Shown here one piece after another: positions 31,494 to 40,793 of a stretch of 64,000 nt of DNA (position 1 is the stretch's first letter; the number at the start of each line of letters is the position of its first letter). The translations under genes were made by a program, and so were the position numbers. The notes beneath the pieces were generated by a model. That model saw only the letters and a program-made list of their open reading frames with translations, was not told the origin of the DNA and did no database searches. Source of the stretch: an uncultured Methanomassiliicoccales archaeon (GTDB taxonomy: Archaea > Thermoplasmatota > Thermoplasmata > Methanomassiliicoccales > UBA472). Where the stretch lies: contig OY968769.1 of assembly GCA_963695345.1 (NCBI GenBank), positions 480,001 to 544,000 of the forward strand, read 5' to 3'.

Positions 31494-32183
31494 ATGAACG
31501 TCGAAGAGATCATCGGGTTCCTTGAATCGAACAAGAGCGAGGTCAACCGGGAAGGTATGTCACGATACGGCATCAAGGTCGACCGGGCCTTCGGGATATC
31601 GATGGTCGACCTCCGCTCCCTGGCCAAGAAGATCGGGAAGGACCACCAGCTGGCCCTTGACCTGTGGGAGACGGGGTTCCATGAGGCAAGGATAATGGCG
31701 ACCGTCATCGACATACCGGCCCAGGTTACCGTTGACCAGATGGAGCGATGGGTCGCCCAGTTCGATTCCTGGGACATATGCGACCAGTGCTGCAGCAATC
31801 TCTTCTCCCGGACGCCGTTCGCGGTCACGAAGGCAAAGCAGTGGGCTTTGCGTGACGAAGAGTACGTAAAACGCGCTGGCTTCGTGATGATGGCGGCCTT
31901 GGCGGTCCATGACAAGAAGGCTCCGAACGAGCTGTTCCTTGATCTCCTCAGGACTATCGATTCCGATGCCGCGGACGACGACCGGCCATTCGTGAAAAAG
32001 GCGGTCAACTGGGCATTGAGGCAGATCGGCAAGAGGAATGTCCTGCTCCATGAGGCGGCGATTGGTGCCGCTGAATCGGTCAGGTCGCGGGGCACGAAGA
32101 GCGCCCGTTGGATCGCCGCCGACGCGCTACGGGAGCTTAGATCGGAAAAAACCACCGCCATGGTAGGAAAGCGAAAGGGATGA
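31494..32183 (+). CDS. DNA alkylation repair protein (AlkD-like HEAT-repeat glycosylase)
   Basis: LALDLW, EARIMA, FDSWDICDQ, VKKAVNWALRQIGKR. Confidence 0.85.
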   Translation: MNVEEIIGFLESNKSEVNREGMSRYGIKVDRAFGISMVDLRSLAKKIGKDHQLALDLWETGFHEARIMATVIDIPAQVTVDQMERWVAQFDSWDICDQCCSNLFSRTPFAVTKAKQWALRDEEYVKRAGFVMMAALAVHDKKAPNELFLDLLRTIDSDAADDDRPFVKKAVNWALRQIGKRNVLLHEAAIGAAESVRSRGTKSARWIAADALRELRSEKTTAMVGKRKG

Positions 32184-32294
32184 ACCTTCAGCATGAACGC
32201 ACCAGATCGTCCATGGTGCCTAGCGGAATGATGAACGCCACTCTTTATTAACGATGGTTTCCAATTAACCGACACGAACAGCAACACGATAAGG

Positions 32295-33164
32295 ATGATC
32301 GCGATCGTATTGGCAGTATCCGCCACGCTGCCGGGCGCGTTCACCGTCATAGTGACGGTCCAGGACGGCAGTGAACAGCTCTCAAATATGTTCTCGACCA
32401 GCCGCGCGAGCTTTCTCCGTTCTCAGCTGGCGAGAGCGCCGGGAGGACTAGCCTGGGATTACCTTCAAGGGGAGGATTTTCCGGTCCTCAAGGTGGAATG
32501 GACGGCTTTCAACCAGAATATTCTGGATTCGAGGAATTCTCCGTTCTCGAGCTTTCAGTCGCTTATATATTCACACTGTGATAAAAGCACCATCTCCTAC
32601 ACATTTGTGGGAACTATCGATCCCGCTCTACGGCAGCAGGCCTATTCCGAGACCGACCTGAACACTTTGTTTTCCAGAACGTTCAAGAATTCCAGCTCCA
32701 ACGGTGTCGCCATTGTGCATATCGCCTTCCTTGCCGGATCGTTCTCCGACCCGGACGCCGTTGGTGTCTCTTTCGCAGGGGATCGTTTCGCCATCTTCGG
32801 TGACACGCTTATCGATTTGTACCTGAGGGTCGCCATCGCCCATGAGATGGGACATCTCCTCGGCCTGGTGGCACCGTTGGGTGTCAATTCGATATACACC
32901 CCGCAGAACGCAACGGAACATTATGACTCCGTAAATCCGCCACATTGCACATCGAATCCTTGTCTGATGCGACCAGTGGTAAGTCCGTCCGATGATACGT
33001 GCAGATACTGTGACGCCGACATGCTAGAACTTAGGAACTCGACAGCCCCCTATGCCGTCACTCAGGCGCAACCGGTTGTTAGAATTGGTCTGATAGCCGT
33101 CGGAGCGATCATCACCTTGGTGCTGGCGGTCCCGGCCATCATCCTCTTCAGAAAAAGATACTGA
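32295..33164 (+). CDS. Membrane-anchored zincin-like metalloprotease
   Basis: HEMGHLLGL, HC-x3-PCLM, N-terminal hydrophobic segment, C-terminal TM helix followed by RKRY. Confidence 0.65.
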   Translation: MIAIVLAVSATLPGAFTVIVTVQDGSEQLSNMFSTSRASFLRSQLARAPGGLAWDYLQGEDFPVLKVEWTAFNQNILDSRNSPFSSFQSLIYSHCDKSTISYTFVGTIDPALRQQAYSETDLNTLFSRTFKNSSSNGVAIVHIAFLAGSFSDPDAVGVSFAGDRFAIFGDTLIDLYLRVAIAHEMGHLLGLVAPLGVNSIYTPQNATEHYDSVNPPHCTSNPCLMRPVVSPSDDTCRYCDADMLELRNSTAPYAVTQAQPVVRIGLIAVGAIITLVLAVPAIILFRKRY

Positions 33165-33265
33165 TGGAACGAACCATGTTCAAATGAACGCGAGTGGTCA
33201 TCGAATGGCTTATGGGCCGCCGTCTTCTTTCTTTGGTATCGATTGCCATCCTCATTCCAGGATGA

Positions 33266-33694
33266 TCACGCGGAACTGTTGGACCTATCCGATCTTTTTG
33301 GCAGCGCAGATTTCAAGAAATCCTTGGCATCGTTGACCGGTCCTTCGTCCAAGTTGCCTTTCATGAAAGCGTCCAGGATATTCATCGCATTTATGACCAT
33401 GTTGAGCCGGCTCAGGTCGCCTTCAGAGAAAGTGTTGCTTCTTTCAATGACGGTCTGCAGGTAGACCAGGTTCTGTTTCATGACGAATGCGGTCTGCAAC
33501 ACCAGCATGATGCTGTCAATAGGCATGTTGTCGGGATGCTTCAAGGCCGCCTCCATCGTCTCCTCGATCGATTCCAGACCGGTGATGGTCGCCTCAATCG
33601 TGTCCTGGACATTCTTCATCATGTCCGGGTTCGCATCCCCTTCCAGCAACAAGTCTTCTCCCTGCAAATCAGTTACCGAGCCCACGATAGCCAT
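33266..33694 (-). CDS. Hypothetical helical protein
   Basis: ~142-aa ORF with plausible composition; no recognised motif. Confidence 0.5.
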   Translation of the reverse strand: MAIVGSVTDLQGEDLLLEGDANPDMMKNVQDTIEATITGLESIEETMEAALKHPDNMPIDSIMLVLQTAFVMKQNLVYLQTVIERSNTFSEGDLSRLNMVINAMNILDAFMKGNLDEGPVNDAKDFLKSALPKRSDRSNSSA

Positions 33695-33913
33695 TCTGGA
33701 TATTCTAACTTGCGCTGGAATTTCTCCGAAACGAAACACTGATGATTCTCAAAATGGTGCTGATAGATCACGGAATGTCGCGATCCCAATTCCCATCATT
33801 CGAGGGCTGCGGCTTGACCAGGATTGCACGCCGATATCCTGAAAGGATCTTACAAATAAATCTGTTAAATAGGATGTTCCAGTATCTTGGTGAAGACAAT
33901 CGTGGTGGTTGAG

Positions 33914-34453
33914 ATGACCAAGAGCATGTTCCGTTATTCCACCAATATCGGGGAAATTGGAATGGCCGGAGATCGTGATTCGATAACGAACCTATGGTTT
34001 CACGATGAAAGGGCTCCTGTCGACGCGGTAGAACGGGAGACCGGCCTTATCTCCGATGCATATGGACAGTTATCGGAGTATCTATCTGGCAGAAGAAAAG
34101 CATTCTCGCTTCCCTTGGATCCAGCCGGGACCCCGTTCCAGAAAATGGTTTGGGAATGCCTGCGGGAGATACCATATGGTCGGACGCGGAGCTACGGCGA
34201 TGTAGCCAAGGACATAGGCTCGCCGCGGGCCTCCCGGGCGGTGGGGATGGCGAACGGCCGGAACCCGATATCGATCTTCATACCTTGTCACCGGGTGATC
34301 GGTGCCGATGGATGCCTTGCCGGCTATTCGGGAGGGTTGGACATCAAGGAGAAACTGCTTGACCTGGAGAAGTCATCATTCAAAGGGAATCCATTGTCCA
34401 AAATGAATACCGGAAGGAATTCGAAAGCGATACGGACCAGGGAGATTCAGTAA
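33914..34453 (+). CDS. ogt: Methylated-DNA--protein-cysteine methyltransferase
   Basis: GTPFQ, IPYG, RAVG, IPCHRV active site. Confidence 0.92.
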   Translation: MTKSMFRYSTNIGEIGMAGDRDSITNLWFHDERAPVDAVERETGLISDAYGQLSEYLSGRRKAFSLPLDPAGTPFQKMVWECLREIPYGRTRSYGDVAKDIGSPRASRAVGMANGRNPISIFIPCHRVIGADGCLAGYSGGLDIKEKLLDLEKSSFKGNPLSKMNTGRNSKAIRTREIQ

Positions 34454-35034
34454 TGCGTAGAAATGCCCTAGATCTTTTTGATCAACAGAAATGGGAAGCG
34501 ATTCAAAATGGAGATGCGGCCTTTGATGGCGTGTTCTTCTATGGCGTAAGGACAACTGGGGTCTATTGCCGTCCTTCGTGCAGATCGAAGACCCCTCTAA
34601 GGAAGAATGTGGAGTTCTTTGAAACTGTGGAGGAGGCTGAGAAAAGAGGGTTCCGGCCATGCAAACGATGCAAGCCTGACCTGTCCGAAAAGGACCGGGA
34701 AAACACCAAGGTCGACCAGCTCAAGAACGTGTGCGACAGCTATTTCAACGACCGGGAGCGCCTGTCGGTGGAATTGGAACGACTGGATATCCACCAGAAC
34801 CGAGTGATCCGCGAGTTCCATCGACAATATCACACGACCCCTTCCAAGTACATCAATGGACTGAGGGTGGCGAAGGCGGCAGTTTTGCTCCTAGAAACAG
34901 ACAAGAGCATGCTGCAGATCGCCTCGGAATGCGGTTTCGGGAGCGTGTCGAGCTTTTATTCACTATATAAGGCGCGGTTCGGGCGGACCCCGACCGAATC
35001 AAGGAGTTCCAAGTTAAAGGCAGGCAATGAGTGA
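34453..35034 (+). CDS. adaA: AdaA-type methylphosphotriester methyltransferase / AraC-family regulator
   Basis: Ada Zn site TTGVYCRPSC and RPCKRC; AraC C-terminus IASECGFGSVSSF...TP. Confidence 0.88.
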   Translation: MRRNALDLFDQQKWEAIQNGDAAFDGVFFYGVRTTGVYCRPSCRSKTPLRKNVEFFETVEEAEKRGFRPCKRCKPDLSEKDRENTKVDQLKNVCDSYFNDRERLSVELERLDIHQNRVIREFHRQYHTTPSKYINGLRVAKAAVLLLETDKSMLQIASECGFGSVSSFYSLYKARFGRTPTESRSSKLKAGNE

Positions 35035-35237
35035 ACCATCCAACTTAAGGGCTCGATGATTCTTCTGACGACTGACAGAGCAGGTCGAAATGTCTCCAAA
35101 CGTTATGTCATCCATTACTAAAACATTCCGCGGAAAGATCTGGATCAATTTGTCCAATCTCCATAAACTGCGAATCTGTGAAAATAAAGTGGAAGGTGAA
35201 GAGCATTCTGCCCTGCACCCTCAGGGGGGTTTAGGAC

Positions 35238-35534
35238 TTAGGCAACGAGGCAGGATCCGTCCTTGAGGCGATCCTGATCCATCTGCTTGGTGCCAAGCAG
35301 ATCACCGGTCTGAGAATGACTCATGGTCCTAGCGCCAGTTTGTGATCCCGTCCCATCGCAGGTACGGTCCTGCGCATGTAGTTTGTCCATCGTTCTGTCA
35401 CAATCGCCGTTTCCGTTCGCGGATACATCGACTCCCTGTCCAGCCATTGCGGTCGAAACCCCAACGGCAACGAGTGATGCCACAGCCAGCGTTGCGAACG
35501 CCACGATCAGTATTGCACTTAGTTTGTGGGCCAT
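35238..35534 (-). CDS. Small exported protein with two D-x-x-C-ending repeats
   Basis: N-terminal signal/TM segment; RTMDKLHAQDRTC and QMDQDRLKDGSC; AGGTGG RBS. Confidence 0.7.
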   Translation of the reverse strand: MAHKLSAILIVAFATLAVASLVAVGVSTAMAGQGVDVSANGNGDCDRTMDKLHAQDRTCDGTGSQTGARTMSHSQTGDLLGTKQMDQDRLKDGSCLVA

Positions 35535-35582
35535 CTGTTTCCACCTAATGACCTCATTAAACAGCACTAACTAAGGCCTTTA

Positions 35583-35620
35583 TGGTGCAAGAGTCGAACC
35601 TATTGGTGCAGTCATCGAAC
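35583..35620 (-). promoter_or_regulatory. Tandem operator-like repeat [GTTCGA-N7-ACCA] x2, site 1
   Basis: Minus strand: GTTCGA tgactgc ACCA atag GTTCGA ctcttgc ACCA; about 49 nt upstream of the ATG at 35534. Confidence 0.7.
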
Positions 35621-35663
35621 AGATAATGGAGTGCCTAGAAAGACTAGAATCTGCTATGCGATC

Positions 35664-36194
35664 TCACTTTTCCCCACCTAATTTACTCCAGATATCGGCG
35701 AAACGGTCCACAGCATCACATGATAAGCTCTCTTGGATGCCGATAAGAAGGTCGGCCACCCGATCCCCATCCTCGACCCGGTAGACCATTACCTTCTCCA
35801 TCTTGCTGACGTCTATCACCCTGATCCCCCTCAATCGCTTTAGATGATATGAGAGGGTGGACTTTGCAACGTCCATCTCAGCCTGTAGGTCTTGGAAGCT
35901 TGTGGGGCCATGGACCAAGAGGTGAATCAATATCTTCCGGGGGGAGTCTTGGCGCAACGCCCCCAGGGTGCGTCGGTCTTTCTCGATGAATCGGTCTGAA
36001 ATAAAGTACATTTTACGATGGCCGTCGTCCTCCGCCCGCACCAGTTTTCTCTTTTCAAGATAATCTAGGTGATATGAAAGGAGGCCTGGTTGCATGTTCA
36101 GAGATCTCTCCATCTCTCTCACATGAGTACCTGGATTAGCTGATATCATCTCGTAGATGCGACGACGATTCTCCAGGTTCAGCGCCTCTTCCAT
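35664..36194 (-). CDS. Double winged-helix transcriptional regulator (ArsR/MarR-like)
   Basis: RRRIYEMISANPGTH...LSYHL and a second HTH, KSTLSYHLKRL. Confidence 0.85.
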   Translation of the reverse strand: MEEALNLENRRRIYEMISANPGTHVREMERSLNMQPGLLSYHLDYLEKRKLVRAEDDGHRKMYFISDRFIEKDRRTLGALRQDSPRKILIHLLVHGPTSFQDLQAEMDVAKSTLSYHLKRLRGIRVIDVSKMEKVMVYRVEDGDRVADLLIGIQESLSCDAVDRFADIWSKLGGEK

Positions 36195-36200
36195 CTTCCT

Positions 36201-36464
36201 TCATCTCTTGAGCACTGCAAAGTACAGAGAGAGCAGGATTCCGAGATTCAGGAGCACTAGATATGAGCTCATCTGCAAGTCCTTCCAATCAAAGAATGGC
36301 GCAACTAGGACGAGAAGAGCAAGCAGTGAATAGAGGGCGAAAGCAACAGCGACTATTGCCAACCTTGGTTCCTTATGACGGCGATAAGCCTTTAATGACA
36401 CAGCCATGAGCACGAATGCGAAACCCGCCAAGCAGGAGCTTAAGAAAAGGTCTATTGGCGTCAC
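36201..36464 (-). CDS. Small 3-TM membrane protein, probably co-transcribed with the regulator
   Basis: Three hydrophobic helices, AYRR loop, ends LLSLYFAVLKR 6 nt before the regulator ATG; start codon uncertain. Confidence 0.7.
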   Translation of the reverse strand: MTPIDLFLSSCLAGFAFVLMAVSLKAYRRHKEPRLAIVAVAFALYSLLALLVLVAPFFDWKDLQMSSYLVLLNLGILLSLYFAVLKR

Positions 36465-36546
36465 GACACGTATAAACCAGTGATGGATAAAAATCATTTG
36501 CATCCTAGATCTGGTTTGGCCGAAAGTCGAATCCGACCGATGAGGT

Positions 36547-36584
36547 GTTCGACATATGGACCATTTTGTTCGACGTTCGTACCA
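36547..36584 (+). promoter_or_regulatory. Tandem operator-like repeat, site 2
   Basis: GTTCGA catatgg ACCA tttt GTTCGA cgttcgt ACCA; about 39 nt upstream of the ATG at 36623. Confidence 0.7.
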
Positions 36585-36622
36585 CAAAACGAATAAGCCT
36601 CATCTACCTCTGAGATTGAAAT

Positions 36623-37910
36623 ATGACACTAAAGAGAGCATGGTTAAGATCATTCGCAATAGTCACAGTATTGTTGATGCTTCTTAGCATGCCAACATCA
36701 TTGGTTTTGGCAGCCGGTGACAATGGCCAGAGCAATGGTGGCCAGATGGGCACTGGAGGCAACGACGGAGGCGACTCGTCCGGACTGGTGTCCCAAGGCG
36801 GTAGGCGGATGAACCAGACAGAAGAGACTGTACACCTCCAGCAAATGAGTGGTGAAGGCGCGCGCCTAGGTCTGTTTGGAGGATTCGATCGGAACAACTC
36901 AGAGTTCAAAGGTCGGTTCCTTTCCGTTCAGCTCAACGAAACATCAGGGTCATTGACGAACTATACCGTCATGACGTCTGGAGGGAACGAGACCTTGTTC
37001 TCGCTGATCAACCTCAAGGGTTTCATTCCCAGTAGCATCAGCACCACGGGCACGCTGCTCGTTGAGCGGGATTCGAATGCCTCGATCGTTGTTCATGACA
37101 ATCCAGTGGCTCTGTTACATATGAGCTCGAATCGTTCGATGCAGAGTGCAAATTTCACGCTGGCATCAGGGATTTCAGCTGTTGTGTTACCCACGAATGG
37201 CAATGAAACCAATATCTCATACGCATGGATCAGCGGAACGGGCATCCAAGGGATTCTGATGGTCAGGAATGGCACTCTGGTGACCGAGAAGGATGGGACC
37301 GGAGCAACGACCATTGTAGCCAACTCGTCCGATATCATGCTCCGGATGAAACCATCGATGATAAAGGGATATAATGCGATGAACGAAGCTGTTCAGACAG
37401 CCATTGCCAACGGAATGGTAGCTGGAGAACTATCGTTGATGGTCAGGAATGGCAGCGCAATGTTCGACCTTCTGCAATACCAGACAGGATTTATGCTGGA
37501 GGTGAAGCAGGCATCCGAGAACCACATTCAGCTGATTGCCTCTTCAAACGAGCATAAGGGCAGGGTGGCCATAATCAACCTGGACCGGGGCACGTTCGAT
37601 ACCCGAACGGACAGACGACATCGTTATCACTCTAGATGGGAAGACCATATTACAGACCAAGAACCCTCTGGATGTCCTGAGCAATTCCGGTTCTAATGAT
37701 AGCGACGCGGTCTACTGTATAGAAACCACCCCCAATGGTTCACAGATAATGATCTACGTTCCGAGTTTCTCGATCCATGAACTGGACATCTCAAGCGTAT
37801 CCCCATTGGCTAGTGTGTTGGGCATCACTGGGTTGATGGCTTTCCTGGGAGCAATTGCGACCGTTGGATTGGCTACCTACCTATTGTTTGGCCGGAAGGG
37901 CAAGAATTAG
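36623..37910 (+). CDS. Exported surface protein with C-terminal TM anchor; frameshift near 37610 (probably a sequence error)
   Basis: Signal peptide and many N-x-S/T sequons. The shifted frame continues DDIVITLDG...YVPSFSIHEL...TM-GRKGKN to a TAG. Paralog of 38183-39454. Confidence 0.75.
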
Positions 37911-38100
37911 GTAGAACCCGGCAATTTGACTTTTTTCTTTCATCTCTGATCAGAATCAATAATCTGTTGCATGTCCGAGTTCCCTAATCCAGGGTGTTTT
38001 ATCAGCCATGATTCTTTTCTAAGACGTCAGGATATGTTGGAGGGAATCGAAGAATATGTGTCATTTAGAAAATGCTCCGTAGTAATTGACCTTCAACCTT

Positions 38101-38138
38101 GTTCGAGGATCGAACCAATGTGTTCGAAATTTGCACCA
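38101..38138 (+). promoter_or_regulatory. Tandem operator-like repeat, site 3
   Basis: GTTCGA ggatcga ACCA atgt GTTCGA aatttgc ACCA; about 45 nt upstream of the ATG at 38183. Confidence 0.7.
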
Positions 38139-38182
38139 AAAAACGCTTAACGGGCCTTAACGGTCGATGACCCAGTGATAAA

Positions 38183-39454
38183 ATGAGGCTAGCAAGATAC
38201 AATTTGATGATACCTGTGATTGCTATCGCTTTGATTTTCTCAGCGATATTGCCAATGGTATCAGCTGATGCTGGGTCAGGCGGCAAGGACCTGAATGACC
38301 AGAGTAATGACTATAAATGGAATTGGACTGAAGCCAATACATCGGAATATGGTACGGGATATTTGAACCAGGGTGGAAAGCTATCTCAAAATGACCTGGA
38401 ATGGATGCTAAAGGAAGGAGCTAGGTATGGCATGATGGCTCAGCTGAACTACTCCAATGGAGTGATCAAAGGTGATTTCATCTCGTTACAGGTTAACGAG
38501 ACCACTGGGATGATCACGAACTTTAGCCTTATCATGGGTGATGAAGAAATCGTGGTTTTTGACTCGATAAATGTTATCGGTTTCATACCTGAAGGGGTTT
38601 CTATCCAAGGTTCAATAATGTTGATCGAGGGGGGATCCGTTCAGATCATGATCCATGATAATCCCACAGGCATGATTCATATTGTCTCGAACGGCACCGT
38701 GGCTACTGTTACCTTAATCGTATCAGAAAACGTCCAGGTGAGCGACGGCGCAGGGATCGATGATAGAGAATATGTGAACATCGACGGTGCCGGGATCGAT
38801 GCTGTACTCGCCACCGATAACGGAACGATATTGATGGACGAAAATGCAGCCCAGAAATATCTGAATGTTACCTTCGGGGACCATCTGATGTTTAAGGCGA
38901 CCCCCTCGTTTACAAACAGGAACATGGAAAACGAGCGAGCGTTGATGAAGGCGTTCGTACAGTCACAACTGGCAGGAGAGATCTCCGTCCTCGTGAGGAA
39001 CGACACAGCCATTTACAACACCATGCAGTACCAAAACCAGTTCAGGATCAATCTTATGGAAGCGCAGCAGAACCGTATCATGTTGCAGGTTTCCTCCGAT
39101 GACCATGAAGGGAGACTGGTTGTAATGACCATGGACAAGGAGACTTTAGAACTCCAGAACAGAGAGCTTATGGTGAAGATGGATGGAACGGCGATAAGGG
39201 AAGGGTCCCTTTCGGATGTGCTCAATGCAAACGGACAGCAAGGAGTGAATGCGACATTCTGTTTGCTCGCTCAGGGGGACATCTCCCAGGTCCTAGTTTA
39301 CTTCCCTAGCTTCTCGACGCATTCCTTAAGCGTAGAGGCCGTGGTTGCAGACACGAATGCGAATATCTTCGGACAGATGGACCTGATCATTCTGATCGCA
39401 GTCATGGGTGTAATAGGAGTCGTAGCGATTGTTCTGATAAAGCGTCACCGCTGA
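38183..39454 (+). CDS. Exported surface protein with C-terminal TM anchor (paralog of 36623)
   Basis: Signal peptide; shares EGAR, HDNP, AGE(I/L)S, H(E/K)GR and PSFS blocks with 36623; TM helix followed by KRHR. Confidence 0.8.
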   Translation: MRLARYNLMIPVIAIALIFSAILPMVSADAGSGGKDLNDQSNDYKWNWTEANTSEYGTGYLNQGGKLSQNDLEWMLKEGARYGMMAQLNYSNGVIKGDFISLQVNETTGMITNFSLIMGDEEIVVFDSINVIGFIPEGVSIQGSIMLIEGGSVQIMIHDNPTGMIHIVSNGTVATVTLIVSENVQVSDGAGIDDREYVNIDGAGIDAVLATDNGTILMDENAAQKYLNVTFGDHLMFKATPSFTNRNMENERALMKAFVQSQLAGEISVLVRNDTAIYNTMQYQNQFRINLMEAQQNRIMLQVSSDDHEGRLVVMTMDKETLELQNRELMVKMDGTAIREGSLSDVLNANGQQGVNATFCLLAQGDISQVLVYFPSFSTHSLSVEAVVADTNANIFGQMDLIILIAVMGVIGVVAIVLIKRHR

Positions 39455-39741
39455 ATTGGGTCGAAACCATTTCCCATTTTATTATTGACTATAAAATAAA
39501 TTTTCTCCCTGAAAGCCATCCTCGACATTTGATATAAGAGGATCGTGGACGTGACAAGAACGTGCTCCGGCGGCACCTCGTGCGATGGACACGGCTCGAC
39601 GGCGATGACCGAGAAGGGCAAGAGGTGTATCAGATCTCTAATGCCCAATGGAGGGTTCACCCATCAGTAAGATATGACACATCCAGATGTGAAGAGTGAC
39701 GCTATAGAAAAAAATCTCAGAACACTTTCAATAATTAGAGG

Positions 39742-39816
39742 CGGACGAGAGGGGATTCGAACCCCCGACCTGCAGCTTAGGAGGCTGCTGCCATATCCAG
39801 TCTAGGCCACTCGTCC
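39742..39816 (-). tRNA. tRNA-Arg (CCT)
   Basis: GGACGAG/CTCGTCC acceptor; GCAGC-CT-CCT-AA-GCTGC anticodon arm; GGGGG-TTCGAAT-CCCCT T-arm. Confidence 0.93.
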
Positions 39817-39873
39817 ATACGAAGGAGTTTGGTAAAGCGTTTCAACATGCAAGGGGAGATAGGGAACTGAAAT

Positions 39874-40641
39874 TCAGCTCTTGTCCTCTTCGGAGCCGAG
39901 CTCCTCGGGGGCCTTCTCTTCGGCCTTAGCCTCGTCCTTCTTGACGTACTCCTCGATCAGGTCCACGGTGACCTTGCCGAAGAGCTCGCGGAGGTCGGCT
40001 ACGACCTTGTACTTGGCCATCGTCCACTTGGAGTCGTACTTGCATACGTCCGGCAGGACCAGCTTGACGACGTCGTCGTCCTTGGTGATGATGAAGCCTT
40101 CGGATGTCCCGTAGTCCATCTCGAGCATCGCCTTGACCTTGTTCTCGTCGCCCTCGATCTTCTCCACGATGGTGAAGACATACTTTAGGGATTGCCCGGC
40201 GAAGCGCCTGTTGAAATCGACCTTGACGCGGCCGGCGGAGACCGAGGTGATGATACCGGTCTTGTTGTGCATGTTGACCTCCATGCCCGGGTGCGGCTCG
40301 ACGTCCTGCTTAAGGAACTCGCGTACCGAGTGTACCTCGACCAGCTTCGGGTCCCTTGGCCCAGCCGCCTTCTCCGGCGGGATGATGACCTCGGTCTCCT
40401 TACCGACCTCGGCTCCGATCAGGGCCTCGTCCAGTCCCTCGAAGATGCGGCCACCGCCGACGAGCAAGGGCATCGGGGCGTAGGTGAACTTCTCGTTGAA
40501 GATACCTGCTTCCTTGGCGCTCTCCTCTTTCGTGGTGTCGATCATTTCGTTGGTGTCGACGGTCCATGCGTTGTACTCGATCCTGATGATGTCGCCCTTG
40601 GCAACCTGTGCAGAGTTTTCAGTTGACATGAAATTCACCAT
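39874..40641 (-). CDS. slyD: FKBP-type peptidyl-prolyl isomerase, archaeal long (SlyD-like) type
   Basis: IDTT, GLDEAL, IPPEKA-G-RD, VDFN..AG, plus the archaeal C-terminal domain. Confidence 0.85.
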   Translation of the reverse strand: MVNFMSTENSAQVAKGDIIRIEYNAWTVDTNEMIDTTKEESAKEAGIFNEKFTYAPMPLLVGGGRIFEGLDEALIGAEVGKETEVIIPPEKAAGPRDPKLVEVHSVREFLKQDVEPHPGMEVNMHNKTGIITSVSAGRVKVDFNRRFAGQSLKYVFTIVEKIEGDENKVKAMLEMDYGTSEGFIITKDDDVVKLVLPDVCKYDSKWTMAKYKVVADLRELFGKVTVDLIEEYVKKDEAKAEEKAPEELGSEEDKS

Positions 40642-40793
40642 GAAATTAGTCGTCTGATTTGACTCCCTTCAATGAATGATTGTTCTTATAAGTTTTGGTA
40701 TCCACGGGTTTGGATAGATCTTTGTCGAGTGAAAACTGGGTGGATTTGGAAACGCCTGGAATAGTACCTTCCCGAAGGACGAGCGGTCAGCGT

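Noticed and set aside
39520-39660. GC-rich patch reading ...MTEKGKRC..., resembling a wHTH tail
   Set aside because: No start codon and too short to support a call.
35100-39816. Integrated element at tRNA-Arg
   Set aside because: The adjacent block is more AT-rich, but I saw no integrase and no duplicated tRNA 3' end.
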